A stretch of 64,000 bases of DNA from an uncultured Bacteroidota bacterium (GTDB taxonomy: Bacteria; Bacteroidota; Rhodothermia; Rhodothermales; DATKEJ01), in assembly GCA_963768715.1 (NCBI GenBank), contig CAVYJC010000007.1, positions 79,466 to 143,465 on the forward strand. Direction: 5' to 3'. The notes beneath the pieces were generated by a model that was not told the origin of the DNA, searched no databases, and saw only the letters and a program-made list of their open reading frames with translations. Numbering within the stretch: the stretch's first letter is position 1; every line of letters begins with the position of its first letter. Positions 1 to 7,448 of this stretch are shown in pieces. The position numbers and the translations under genes are program-made.

Positions 1-2640
1 GGCAGCTCCGCGATCCTGTTGCTCACCCAGAGCCCCGACAACCAAGTAATCCTCGCAAGTCGTAATCACGTGACCAAACAGATCGCCAGCTTGCCTGACG
101 GGCGCTACCAGCTGCTGTAGAAACTCGACGTTGACCCCATTGACCTCATAGACATAGACGGCGCCTCTGCTTTCGTCGTGGTATTCGGCGGCCACAAGAA
201 CGGTATTGTCATGAACGTCCACGACGTTTCCATACGCCATCTGGTCCAACTCACCGAACTGATCCGCGTCGAAGGGCAGTAACTTGCTCACGAAAGTCCA
301 CGATCCCGACGAATGCCCGTACACGTATGCGGCTCCATCGATAGGGCCTGCATCACTGTCACTTCGGTCTCCAACAACCAATAGGTCACCTTCGACTGCT
401 ACGGATCTTCCAAACTCGTCGCTGGGCTGCGTGGGTAGCAACACCTCACCGAAGCTCAACAGACCATTGGTCTCGCTGTACACGACAGCGCGTCCGCTCC
501 ATGTTCCAAAAACAGCTGTGGACCCGTCGTAATCAGCGGCGACACCAAAATGTGAGATACTCTGTCCACTCGGCGGCACGACTTCCTGGAGCTGAACCCA
601 ATTGTCGGATCCCCGAACAAACATGTACGCAGCTCCGTCATCGCCGCGTGCGTGTGCAGTCACTATCAGTTTCCCGCCATTCACGGCCAGCGCTTCCCCA
701 AACTCGTCACCTTGCTCGCCGTCGGCAGCATGGAGTTCCTCCACTTGTTGAAACAGGGGGTTGTCGTCATAGATCACGAGGATCTCGTCAGTGTCGGCGT
801 TCCCGTCCGTGTCAATGGCAGTCACGGTTATCACATTTGCGCCCGGCTGAAGAAGAATATCGTCGACGGTCCAGTCAGTGGTTCCGATCGCGACGCCGGT
901 ACCCCCCTTGTCGTTTGACCAGAAGATTTCTACCACCCCCACGTTATCAGTCGCGAATCCGGCAATGTCGACCGTCGGATCGGTTGTCCAGTATTCCTGG
1001 TAAAAAACGGGCTCGACAATCTGAACGCGCGGTCCCATAAGGCCTGGAGGACGCTCGCTAACCACAAAGGCAAGGACGGAAATTGCGGGATAGTCGGAGT
1101 TCGTCAGGAGTTGGTATCCCTGGCCATCGTCTAATTCGACCCATCCCTGTATCCATCCGTACGAGACGAAGGGGGCAGCCAACGCCTCGCCTTGGTACGT
1201 AACATCATCGAAGCTGTTCAGGCACAGTGGCGGATCGTATCGCTGTTCAGGCCATTCCCGCTGGTACGACTGGCCGGTAGTCGGATGGACAAAATCTCCA
1301 GTAGCCTTGAATCCTCGAATGCATACGTCGTCGGGACCGCCGTTCTCGACTGTAAACACGATTGGTAGATCCTCAGACGTGAAGGTGTTCACAACACCGT
1401 CAAACCGGATGCCATCTTCGATTTCTAGCGGCATGTCTGTCTCGACTTCCAAGACACCCAGATTGCTCGTGGACGACCATTCGCTAGTCCACGCCCGCAC
1501 ACTGTAAACCCCTATATCGCCGATCTGTGCGCTGGGTATCGAAAGAACGGCCTCGTCTTCACCGGGAATGGGCTGGCCCGCGCGGTACCACTGATACTGG
1601 ACGGACTCCTGGTCAGCCTTGCCAAGTTGCGTGGCTTCCGGACCGCTGATATATCCCCAAAGCGTCGAGACAATCTCAATTAGAGTGTCCCAGAACGTTT
1701 TTTGGCGTTCGGGGATTGTGACGTATGGATCGGTCGAAGGCTCGACGGGGACAACATGGTGGCTATCGATGAAATCGGACGGATCGAGAATTCCAATGTC
1801 TTTCATCGCTTGGTGGCTTCCAAAATAGCCTGGGGTGAACACGCCCCCCCAGTCATCTTTCCGGATCTCGAAATGCAGGTGGGGCCATGTATCTGGAAAA
1901 GCATCGGTGCCTTTGATATCTCCGATTCGCGCAATTGCCGTACCTCGACTGATCTGCGACTCGCTGATTACGGGTGGGATAATCTGACCATTCACATTTG
2001 CGGCGCCAGGGCTAGTGTCGAGTGCGGTAACGTGAGCATATATGGAATAGTAGATCTCTCCGTCACGCTCGTGCCTCAGAACAATCTGATATCCCCATGC
2101 GTTCGGATCGGACGAATCCACAACGCGGACCAGCGTACCGTCCGCCACTGCGTAAACACATTCCCCTAGATCGTAGTCTTGAGTACCAAGGTTCCAGTCC
2201 TCGCCACTGTGGTACGTTGAACCGTTTCGTGCACCAACATCCTGTGCGTTCCGCCAGGTACTATTGATGTCCGCTACATCTACTCCCTCTGTATTTGCCT
2301 CTCGCTTGTGCGGACCCTCTTGGTCTGGATACAGTGTGTTCACCTCATAGTCATCGCCAACGTCATAAGTGGTTGGCTTAAGCCCCCAGGGGAACTCAGC
2401 TACCGCTTGATACTCCTGCGCACTCTTCCATCCTCGGTTTCCGATCGGATACTCAAATCCGTCAGGGTTTTCAGACGGGTATTTGGTTGCGTTGGCGCAC
2501 GTCGATTTGTCCATGCTAAAGCTTGAACCCTTTGACAGGGTCGAGTTCGCATTTAGCACCTGTCCGGCAGCGAGCTCGGCTCCGGCTAGAACGATTGCCA
2601 AGACAAGCGGTGCCGTGAATAAACGCCACCTTGGGTCCAT
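1..2640 (-). CDS. Secreted multidomain protein, partial (start ATG at 2640, continues past the left edge): signal peptide, M23/LytM-type metallopeptidase domain, Ig-like/Big-like domains, FG-GAP-like repeats
   Basis: Absent from the ORF track because it is open at the window edge. My translation of the minus strand from 2640 gives MDPRWRLFTAPLVLAIVLAGAELAAGQ (signal). It continues with YHSGEDWN...GYQIVLRHE...YAHV...WPHLHFEIR (M23 zinc-ligand style motifs) and YQWYRAGQPIPGE...GVYSVRAW (Ig-like). It ends with repeated DEFG..(A/V)..G..L(I/V)V.A....GAAY(V/M) units (FG-GAP-like). No stop occurs over 880 codons. Confidence 0.8.
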   Translation of the reverse strand, partial: MDPRWRLFTAPLVLAIVLAGAELAAGQVLNANSTLSKGSSFSMDKSTCANATKYPSENPDGFEYPIGNRGWKSAQEYQAVAEFPWGLKPTTYDVGDDYEVNTLYPDQEGPHKREANTEGVDVADINSTWRNAQDVGARNGSTYHSGEDWNLGTQDYDLGECVYAVADGTLVRVVDSSDPNAWGYQIVLRHERDGEIYYSIYAHVTALDTSPGAANVNGQIIPPVISESQISRGTAIARIGDIKGTDAFPDTWPHLHFEIRKDDWGGVFTPGYFGSHQAMKDIGILDPSDFIDSHHVVPVEPSTDPYVTIPERQKTFWDTLIEIVSTLWGYISGPEATQLGKADQESVQYQWYRAGQPIPGEDEAVLSIPSAQIGDIGVYSVRAWTSEWSSTSNLGVLEVETDMPLEIEDGIRFDGVVNTFTSEDLPIVFTVENGGPDDVCIRGFKATGDFVHPTTGQSYQREWPEQRYDPPLCLNSFDDVTYQGEALAAPFVSYGWIQGWVELDDGQGYQLLTNSDYPAISVLAFVVSERPPGLMGPRVQIVEPVFYQEYWTTDPTVDIAGFATDNVGVVEIFWSNDKGGTGVAIGTTDWTVDDILLQPGANVITVTAIDTDGNADTDEILVIYDDNPLFQQVEELHAADGEQGDEFGEALAVNGGKLIVTAHARGDDGAAYMFVRGSDNWVQLQEVVPPSGQSISHFGVAADYDGSTAVFGTWSGRAVVYSETNGLLSFGEVLLPTQPSDEFGRSVAVEGDLLVVGDRSDSDAGPIDGAAYVYGHSSGSWTFVSKLLPFDADQFGELDQMAYGNVVDVHDNTVLVAAEYHDESRGAVYVYEVNGVNVEFLQQLVAPVRQAGDLFGHVITTCEDYLVVGALGEQQDRGAA

Positions 2641-2853
2641 GACGGGATTAGTACAGTTCGGACTTAACGATGTCCTAAACGTGCTCGGCTGAGTCTCTAA
2701 GGACGCTGAGGCAGGAGAATCATACGCTCTCCGGCTAGTGAGTGAGATGCCTAACGCGAGTGCCTCCAAGCGTTGGTCTCACGATGCACATAGAGGATAC
2801 GAAAAGACAGAATCGAAACACAATAAGAACGCGGAACACCTAGCACCGTGTCG

Positions 2854-3066
2854 CTACGGGCTGACATCCTCCTCATACGTCAGCCCAAACACCGTATCCG
2901 TCAGCCACTTCTTGAACGACTCGTTGTCGCTGAATTGCTTGAACAGCTGGCTGTCATCTTTCATGATAGCCAGCATGACTCGCCCTAAGGCCTTATCGTG
3001 CTCTATCCTGGCGTTTGCCTTGTCTGAGTTCTTTCGGGCGTTTTGATAGGCTGTATCGGCCGCCAC
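2854..3066 (-). pseudogene. Orphan C-terminal fragment of a type I restriction enzyme R subunit (HsdR, COG0610-type tail)
   Basis: The 70-aa ORF reads AYQNARKNSDKANARIEHDKALGRVMLAIMKDDSQLFKQFSDNESFKKWLTDTVFGLTYEE. This matches my memory of the conserved extreme C-terminus of roughly 1000-aa HsdR proteins. No helicase or nuclease part is present upstream, because the next gene ends 44 nt away. Confidence 0.6.
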
Positions 3067-3109
3067 TAATCTTCAAGGACCCTTTGCTTCCGACTCACAG
3101 GAAACGCCC

Positions 3110-3631
3110 TTACTTGTTTTCATCTGGGGAGTTTTCCAAACGAGAGGCATCAAAGTCCTTTTCAACGTTACGGAGAGCCGCCGTCACGTCGTCCAGATCA
3201 GCTTCCCAGATAACCCCATCAGCAAACCTAACTTTACTCACATAGGCAACCCCGGTATGAAAACTGAAGTCAGCGTATGAAGAAGAGACCCAAGTCCCCT
3301 TCCCGGTCTTTCCGGGACTCGTATCACTCATGTCTATTCCACCCGTCCTATCAAGGAATTCGTTGAAGATGCTAAACGAAACGAGGCCGATCTGACAAGC
3401 AACGATCTCTTTGTCGGACACATTCTGATACTCGACTGCATGATGGATTCCGTCCCTCGAATATGTACCCCCCTTTTGATAAGTGGCCACGTACTTAGTG
3501 ATCTTCATCGGCGCATCGGTCTGGCCAATGACGATCGACACAGGTTCTTGGGCTGTTGCCTCTGCGCGTAGATAGAGAATGGCCGACAGGGTGAGGACGG
3601 TTCGAAACATTACAAGCATGAACGTTTTCAT
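3110..3631 (-). CDS. Hypothetical secreted protein (signal peptide, no recognised domain)
   Basis: 173-aa ORF with N-terminus MKTFMLVMFRTVLTLSAILYLRAEATAQ. It is preceded by leader repeat copy A. Confidence 0.6.
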   Translation of the reverse strand: MKTFMLVMFRTVLTLSAILYLRAEATAQEPVSIVIGQTDAPMKITKYVATYQKGGTYSRDGIHHAVEYQNVSDKEIVACQIGLVSFSIFNEFLDRTGGIDMSDTSPGKTGKGTWVSSSYADFSFHTGVAYVSKVRFADGVIWEADLDDVTAALRNVEKDFDASRLENSPDENK

Positions 3632-3637
3632 GATTGA

Positions 3638-3703
3638 TCTCCATGGCTAGTAGAAATGCTTCCCCACTGGTTACGCGGGATTTCGGCGGCGGATTGGATC
3701 AAC
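3638..3703 (-). promoter_or_regulatory. Conserved roughly 65-nt upstream leader, copy A (paralogous to 4625-4688)
   Basis: Roughly 80 percent identical by eye to 4625-4688. Both copies end a few nt before the ATG of the downstream minus-strand gene. Confidence 0.5.
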
Positions 3704-3740
3704 ACGTCGAAACCTGTCACACCTAGTCAATTAACAGGAG

Positions 3741-4091
3741 TCAACGCTTCTTCTTCCGCGCGAGCAATCCGAAAACGATGGCTAGCAGCCCGAATACAAG
3801 CATGGGATCCATCACGTCGAGAACCTCGGGGCTTGGCGGAGCGGAAGGATTGTCGGCAATAACCAGGAGTATTTTCGCCAGAATGTAGATCGATATAAGT
3901 CCGCACGCCCACATCAGAAAGAGAAACACGAGCCGTGCTAGAGATCTGTTGGTCCGATGTTCTGCCTTTTTCCGAAGCGGATACCCGCAGTGCGGGCATG
4001 AATCAGCACGATCGGAAATTTGAGCGCTGCATTCGGGACAGGTTGAAAGAGCCACGGGCCTATTCTCCTTATGGATCATCAGCTCGCACAA
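3741..4091 (-). CDS. Zinc-ribbon membrane protein (N-terminal CxxC...CxxC, C-terminal TM helices)
   Basis: Contains ALSTCPECSAQISDRADSCPHCGYPL followed by two hydrophobic segments. It is a paralogue of the N-terminus of 4696..5328. The start may be the internal Met at 4079. Confidence 0.6.
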   Translation of the reverse strand: MCELMIHKENRPVALSTCPECSAQISDRADSCPHCGYPLRKKAEHRTNRSLARLVFLFLMWACGLISIYILAKILLVIADNPSAPPSPEVLDVMDPMLVFGLLAIVFGLLARKKKR

Positions 4092-4617
4092 GAAGGAACT
4101 CGGCCGGATCCCCTCGTCGATTCATTCCCTCGGCTTTCACAAAAATGGCCCGATGCTGACGACTGTAGGTTATCGTGTGAATACCCCAATCACCCTCCTG
4201 GCCACCGCGAGGTTCGCCCCGAACGGGAGTACCGGACTCAGTATACCGGTACTGCCCAGTGAACTGCAGACTGCCAAATTCTGATACTGGGATCGTACTC
4301 TCCCAACTTCCACGATTTGATTTGGCACGTAGATACAGACGAGGACGCAGTCGAACGATATTCCAAGGTGAAAATTCTACAACGGTGACCGCCTCTTCAT
4401 TCAGTTCACCTGCTAGACTTTGCGGGTGATAGACACCATCGATCCCTTTGAGATCGGAAAAGAACATTCGGACTCGAAATATGAGTCCAATCAGAAGTGC
4501 CGCTAAGATGGTCGCGGCAAGAGAGATTCGGAATTCTTGAGTTTTGGCGCAGACCGCCACAACGACTGGAAGGGCGACGACAATCAACACCGCAGTCGCC
4601 GCGCGAAGGGCCTTCAT
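4069..4617 (-). CDS. Hypothetical membrane protein (two N-terminal TM helices plus a soluble C-terminal domain)
   Basis: 182-aa ORF beginning MKALRAATAVLIVVALPVVVAVCA...ILAALLIGLIF. It is preceded by leader repeat copy B. Confidence 0.55.
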   Translation of the reverse strand: MKALRAATAVLIVVALPVVVAVCAKTQEFRISLAATILAALLIGLIFRVRMFFSDLKGIDGVYHPQSLAGELNEEAVTVVEFSPWNIVRLRPRLYLRAKSNRGSWESTIPVSEFGSLQFTGQYRYTESGTPVRGEPRGGQEGDWGIHTITYSRQHRAIFVKAEGMNRRGDPAEFLLVRADDP

Positions 4618-4624
4618 GGTGGAC

Positions 4625-4688
4625 CTCCAATGGCTAGTGGGAATGCCTCACCGCTCATTACGCGGATTCGGGCGGTGGACTGAATCAA
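4625..4688 (-). promoter_or_regulatory. Conserved roughly 65-nt upstream leader, copy B
   Basis: See 3638-3703. Shared blocks include CTCCA(A)TGGCTAGT, AATGC, TTACGCGG, GGCGG and ATCAA. Confidence 0.5.
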
Positions 4689-4695
4689 AGGATAC

Positions 4696-5328
4696 TCAAT
4701 GCCCACGCGCATATCTCTTGAGAGCTCTAACCTCTGGATCGGCCGAACTCGTAGCGGCTTTCGTAGACGACCCGTTGGGAGCTGCCGAGAACGCCTCCGC
4801 TGTCGCATCAACCGACAATACCATTCCGCTTGGTTCAGTTCGGCTTCCAGAAACCAACCAGACACCGATGGTCTTCTGATCCTCTAATCCTGGACAGTCC
4901 AGATAGGCTGCCACATACTGCGAGTTTGCATGACTGGAAGATTTCAATGACCAACCGCGCGTTGTCTGGCAACCATGGTTAATGTGGCCTCCACCGGATT
5001 CAATCATGTACTGAATATACTCGATCTGCTTTGCTGTTGCTTGGTGGACGTTCAACGGTGGAACGGCCGGCCCCTGAGCGCTCTCGGGCCTCGACGGCTT
5101 CGCGGTCTGTGTTGTCGCCCCCGGAGGCTCCGGTGCTTTTCCCTCATTGCTGTTCTTGGATAAGACTATTACCGCGAGGACCACTCCGATGGCTAATAGG
5201 GCCACTTTGAATTTCCCGGTATTCGGATATTCGGGCTTGGCTGGCTCAAATGGGCAGCCGCAGTGTGGACACTGCACTGCGCGATCAGAAACCTGACTGC
5301 CGCATTCGGGACATTTTGATAAGGCCAT
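4696..5328 (-). CDS. Zinc-ribbon protein with one TM helix and an extracytoplasmic domain
   Basis: Begins MALSKCPECGSQVSDRAVQCPHCGCPF, followed by a TM segment (FKVALLAIGVVLAVIVL) and a 140-aa tail. Confidence 0.6.
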   Translation of the reverse strand: MALSKCPECGSQVSDRAVQCPHCGCPFEPAKPEYPNTGKFKVALLAIGVVLAVIVLSKNSNEGKAPEPPGATTQTAKPSRPESAQGPAVPPLNVHQATAKQIEYIQYMIESGGGHINHGCQTTRGWSLKSSSHANSQYVAAYLDCPGLEDQKTIGVWLVSGSRTEPSGMVLSVDATAEAFSAAPNGSSTKAATSSADPEVRALKRYARGH

Positions 5329-5675
5329 GGTTTCTTTCCTCTAGTGGATTGGCTATTTCAACTTCACCACACCAGCCACCTTCCCCACAATCTTCAGATC
5401 AACCTCCAGGCCAGTGAGGCTTGATTAATACTTGTCGGCGGTGGTCATCCGTCAGCAAAAGATAGGCGAAATGTTGTTGACGACTGGTTCAGACCATGGA
5501 GACTCCCTTGAGCGACCGAAGGACATCGAGTGCGTGGTTGGCCCTCAACACGATTCGAAGATTCAGACAAAGTCAAGTGGCCCAGCCCCGAAACCTCAAC
5601 CAGGACCTTAAACCATATATAAAAGGCAATATCCATAACCAATTATGATTATGGGCCTTATATCGATGCTTCAAG

Positions 5676-5748
<73 letters not shown>

Positions 5749-5800
5749 TCGTAGGAACGAAGAATATAGGGAAGGCAACCGGGTTGCGACCAAGAGGTTT

Positions 5801-5843
5801 CGTGAATGAGGAATGAGAAATAATGAACGAGGAATGGCTTCCG
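5801..5843. repeat. Left inverted arm of heptamer units (GAATGAG GAATGAG AAATAAT GAACGAG GAATGG...) flanking the four-helix-bundle gene
   Basis: Aligned by hand to the reverse complement of 6304-6346 it gives 32/43 matches. The inner 21 nt match 20/21 (GAACGAGGAATGGCT[T/G]CCGC). Confidence 0.8.
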
Positions 5844-5863
5844 CCGGCTACTTTCAATCAGCC

Positions 5864-6235
5864 TCAGCGACCAATCTTCCGACGCTCGTTTCTCTTAGCT
5901 GTGCGTGCCGACGCAGCAAAAACGGCCAGAAGTTCATTTGCCTCGTGAATGAGGCTGTCCGCTGCGTCTCGCTTGGAGCAGCCTGAACTGACAATCAATT
6001 CCACCCAGTAGAGTGATTCCTCGAGCTCCTGAAGTGCCGTTTCAACCTTACTGATGAACTCCTTCCGCGATCGGGCTCGGCACGCCTCACTATAGTTGGC
6101 TCCAACCGAGGTTGCGCTCCTCACCAACTGCTGTCTTGCCGTTCGCATCAGAATGGTATCGGGCTCTGACTGCGCAAAATTGATTACGCCGAGACTGAAT
6201 TTGCGCGTCCTGTTCCGAAGATTCTCTCCCTTCAT
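5864..6235 (-). CDS. Four-helix-bundle protein (23S rRNA intervening-sequence protein family, TIGR02436/PF05635-like)
   Basis: From the Met at 6235 the protein reads MKGENLRNRTRKFSLGVINFAQS...QLVRSATSVGANYSEA...SRKEFISKVETALQELEESLYWVELI. These are the characteristic motifs as I remember the family. The 52-codon upstream extension in the track (to 6391) is translation of the repeat arm. Confidence 0.75.
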   Translation of the reverse strand: MKGENLRNRTRKFSLGVINFAQSEPDTILMRTARQQLVRSATSVGANYSEACRARSRKEFISKVETALQELEESLYWVELIVSSGCSKRDAADSLIHEANELLAVFAASARTAKRNERRKIGR

Positions 6236-6303
6236 GACCACCGGTTTACCACAAAGACACCTGACGGGCGAAATCATAACCTCCGCTTGGCCAAATAAAG
6301 GGA

Positions 6304-6346
6304 CGCGGCAGCCATTCCTCGTTCCGTATTCATTGTTCATCATTTC
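6304..6346. repeat. Right inverted arm of heptamer units flanking the four-helix-bundle gene
   Basis: Reverse complement of the 5801-5843 arm. A third partial copy (TCCTCGTTCCGTATTCA) lies at about 7362-7378. Confidence 0.8.
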
Positions 6347-6480
6347 AGTTCTCGATTGACACCTCTCCTCTTCACCCCCCCCAACAACCACAATAATCCA
6401 CCGCCCGGAACCGTTCTCTTCATAAAACCTTTACAATAGATACGCAAAGCCGCTCGCCCTCCAACTAACCGCGATTTGCC

Positions 6481-7137
6481 ATGGCCCTCCCCAATCGCCC
6501 CAACAAGTTTCGCCGGCTGTACCCGATCCTGATCGAGGTCGGATTCGTAGCATCCCTCCTCCTCGTCATCGGTGCGTTTCGAGCCAATTACCGGACCGAC
6601 ACAGGTCTTGATTTGACCAGTACGCCCATCGAGCCGATCGAGCTCGTCCCGATCGTTCCGACCAACATTACACCAAAACCGCCTCCCCCACCGATGCCGC
6701 CCGTTCCGGTTGAGGTGCCTAACGACGAAGTCCTCGACGACGAACCGATAGATATCGATTCGGAGATTCACATCAATGAAACGCCTCCCGTCCCGCCACC
6801 GCCGCCCCGAGTACCCACCGTGGACAACAGTCCAGGCGAAATCTTCGTCGTCGTCGAAGACTATCCGAAACCAATCGGCGGGATGGAAGGAATCATGCGT
6901 CGCCTCCAGTACCCCGAAATCGCCCGAAAAGCCGGCATCGAAGGACGTGTCACGGTTCAGTTCGTGATCGAGAAGGACGGAACCGTCTCGAATCCGCAGG
7001 TCCTCAAGGGCATCGGCGGCGGATGTGACGAAGCAGCAGTAAAAGCTATCCGCGATACGCGATTCACTCCGGGAATGCAACGAAAGAAACCCGTGAGGGT
7101 GAGGATGTCGATTCCCATCGTCTTTAAAATGAATTAG
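6481..7137 (+). CDS. TonB-family energy transducer (N-terminal anchor, Pro-rich spacer, TonB C-terminal domain)
   Basis: Has a TM segment (YPILIEVGFVASLLLVIGAF) and PKPPPPPMPPVP / PPVPPPPPRVP proline-rich tracts. The C-terminus is YPEIARKAGIEGRVTVQFVIEKDGTVSNPQVLKGIGGGCDEAAVKAI...RFTPG. Confidence 0.9.
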   Translation: MALPNRPNKFRRLYPILIEVGFVASLLLVIGAFRANYRTDTGLDLTSTPIEPIELVPIVPTNITPKPPPPPMPPVPVEVPNDEVLDDEPIDIDSEIHINETPPVPPPPPRVPTVDNSPGEIFVVVEDYPKPIGGMEGIMRRLQYPEIARKAGIEGRVTVQFVIEKDGTVSNPQVLKGIGGGCDEAAVKAIRDTRFTPGMQRKKPVRVRMSIPIVFKMN

Positions 7138-7178
7138 GATTGAGGATTGAGGATTGAGGATTGAGGATTGAGTATTGG
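7137..7178. repeat. (GGATTGA)x5 plus one degenerate unit, starting on the last base of the tonB stop codon
   Basis: Counted directly: perfect units at 7137, 7144, 7151, 7158 and 7165, then GTATTGG. Confidence 0.95.
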
Positions 7179-7231
7179 GGGCATTGCCACTCTTCCTCGC
7201 CTCCGGTCCCGCAGTGAGGGCTCACCCCTGC

Positions 7232-7386
7232 TGTTTGACTGTTTGCTGTTTGCTGTTTGCTGTTTGCTGTTTGGTATTTGCTGTTTGGTATTTGCTGTTT
7301 GGTATTTGGTGTTTGGTATTTGGTGTTTGGTATTTGGTGTTTGGTATTTGGTATTTCCGTTCCTCGTTCCGTATTCAGCATTCATC
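7232..7386. repeat. Heptanucleotide tandem array of about 22 units (T[G/A]TTTG[C/G] core)
   Basis: Sixteen perfectly phased units run from 7240 to 7351. The same 7-nt register continues through TATTTCC GTTCCTC GTTCCGT ATTCAGC ATTCATC to 7386. Confidence 0.95.
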
Positions 7387-7448
7387 GCCCTCCGCTCCGT
7401 ACATTGCTGCCTTGTTGTCATTTCGTCACCAGGTTGTAAGGCATCCCC

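Noticed and set aside
284-2692. Plus-strand ORFs 284..532, 501..1040, 652..918, 1307..1507, 1619..1828, 1702..2169, 2308..2526 and 2483..2692
   Set aside because: They are Arg/Ser/Pro-rich antisense shadows of the long minus-strand M23/FG-GAP gene. That gene is uninterrupted from 2640 to the window edge and has clear domain motifs.
2641-5675. Intact prophage or integrative element at tRNA-Phe
   Set aside because: There is no integrase, excisionase, phage structural or conjugation gene, and I found no direct repeat of the tRNA 3' end. Only a decayed islet is supportable.
6236-6391. 52-codon N-terminal extension of the four-helix-bundle ORF (MVVGGGEEERCQSRTEMMNNEYGTRNG...)
   Set aside because: It is encoded by the right inverted heptamer arm and its flank. 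The same NEYGTRNG peptide appears in the artefactual ORF 7134..7727. Family members are about 120 aa.
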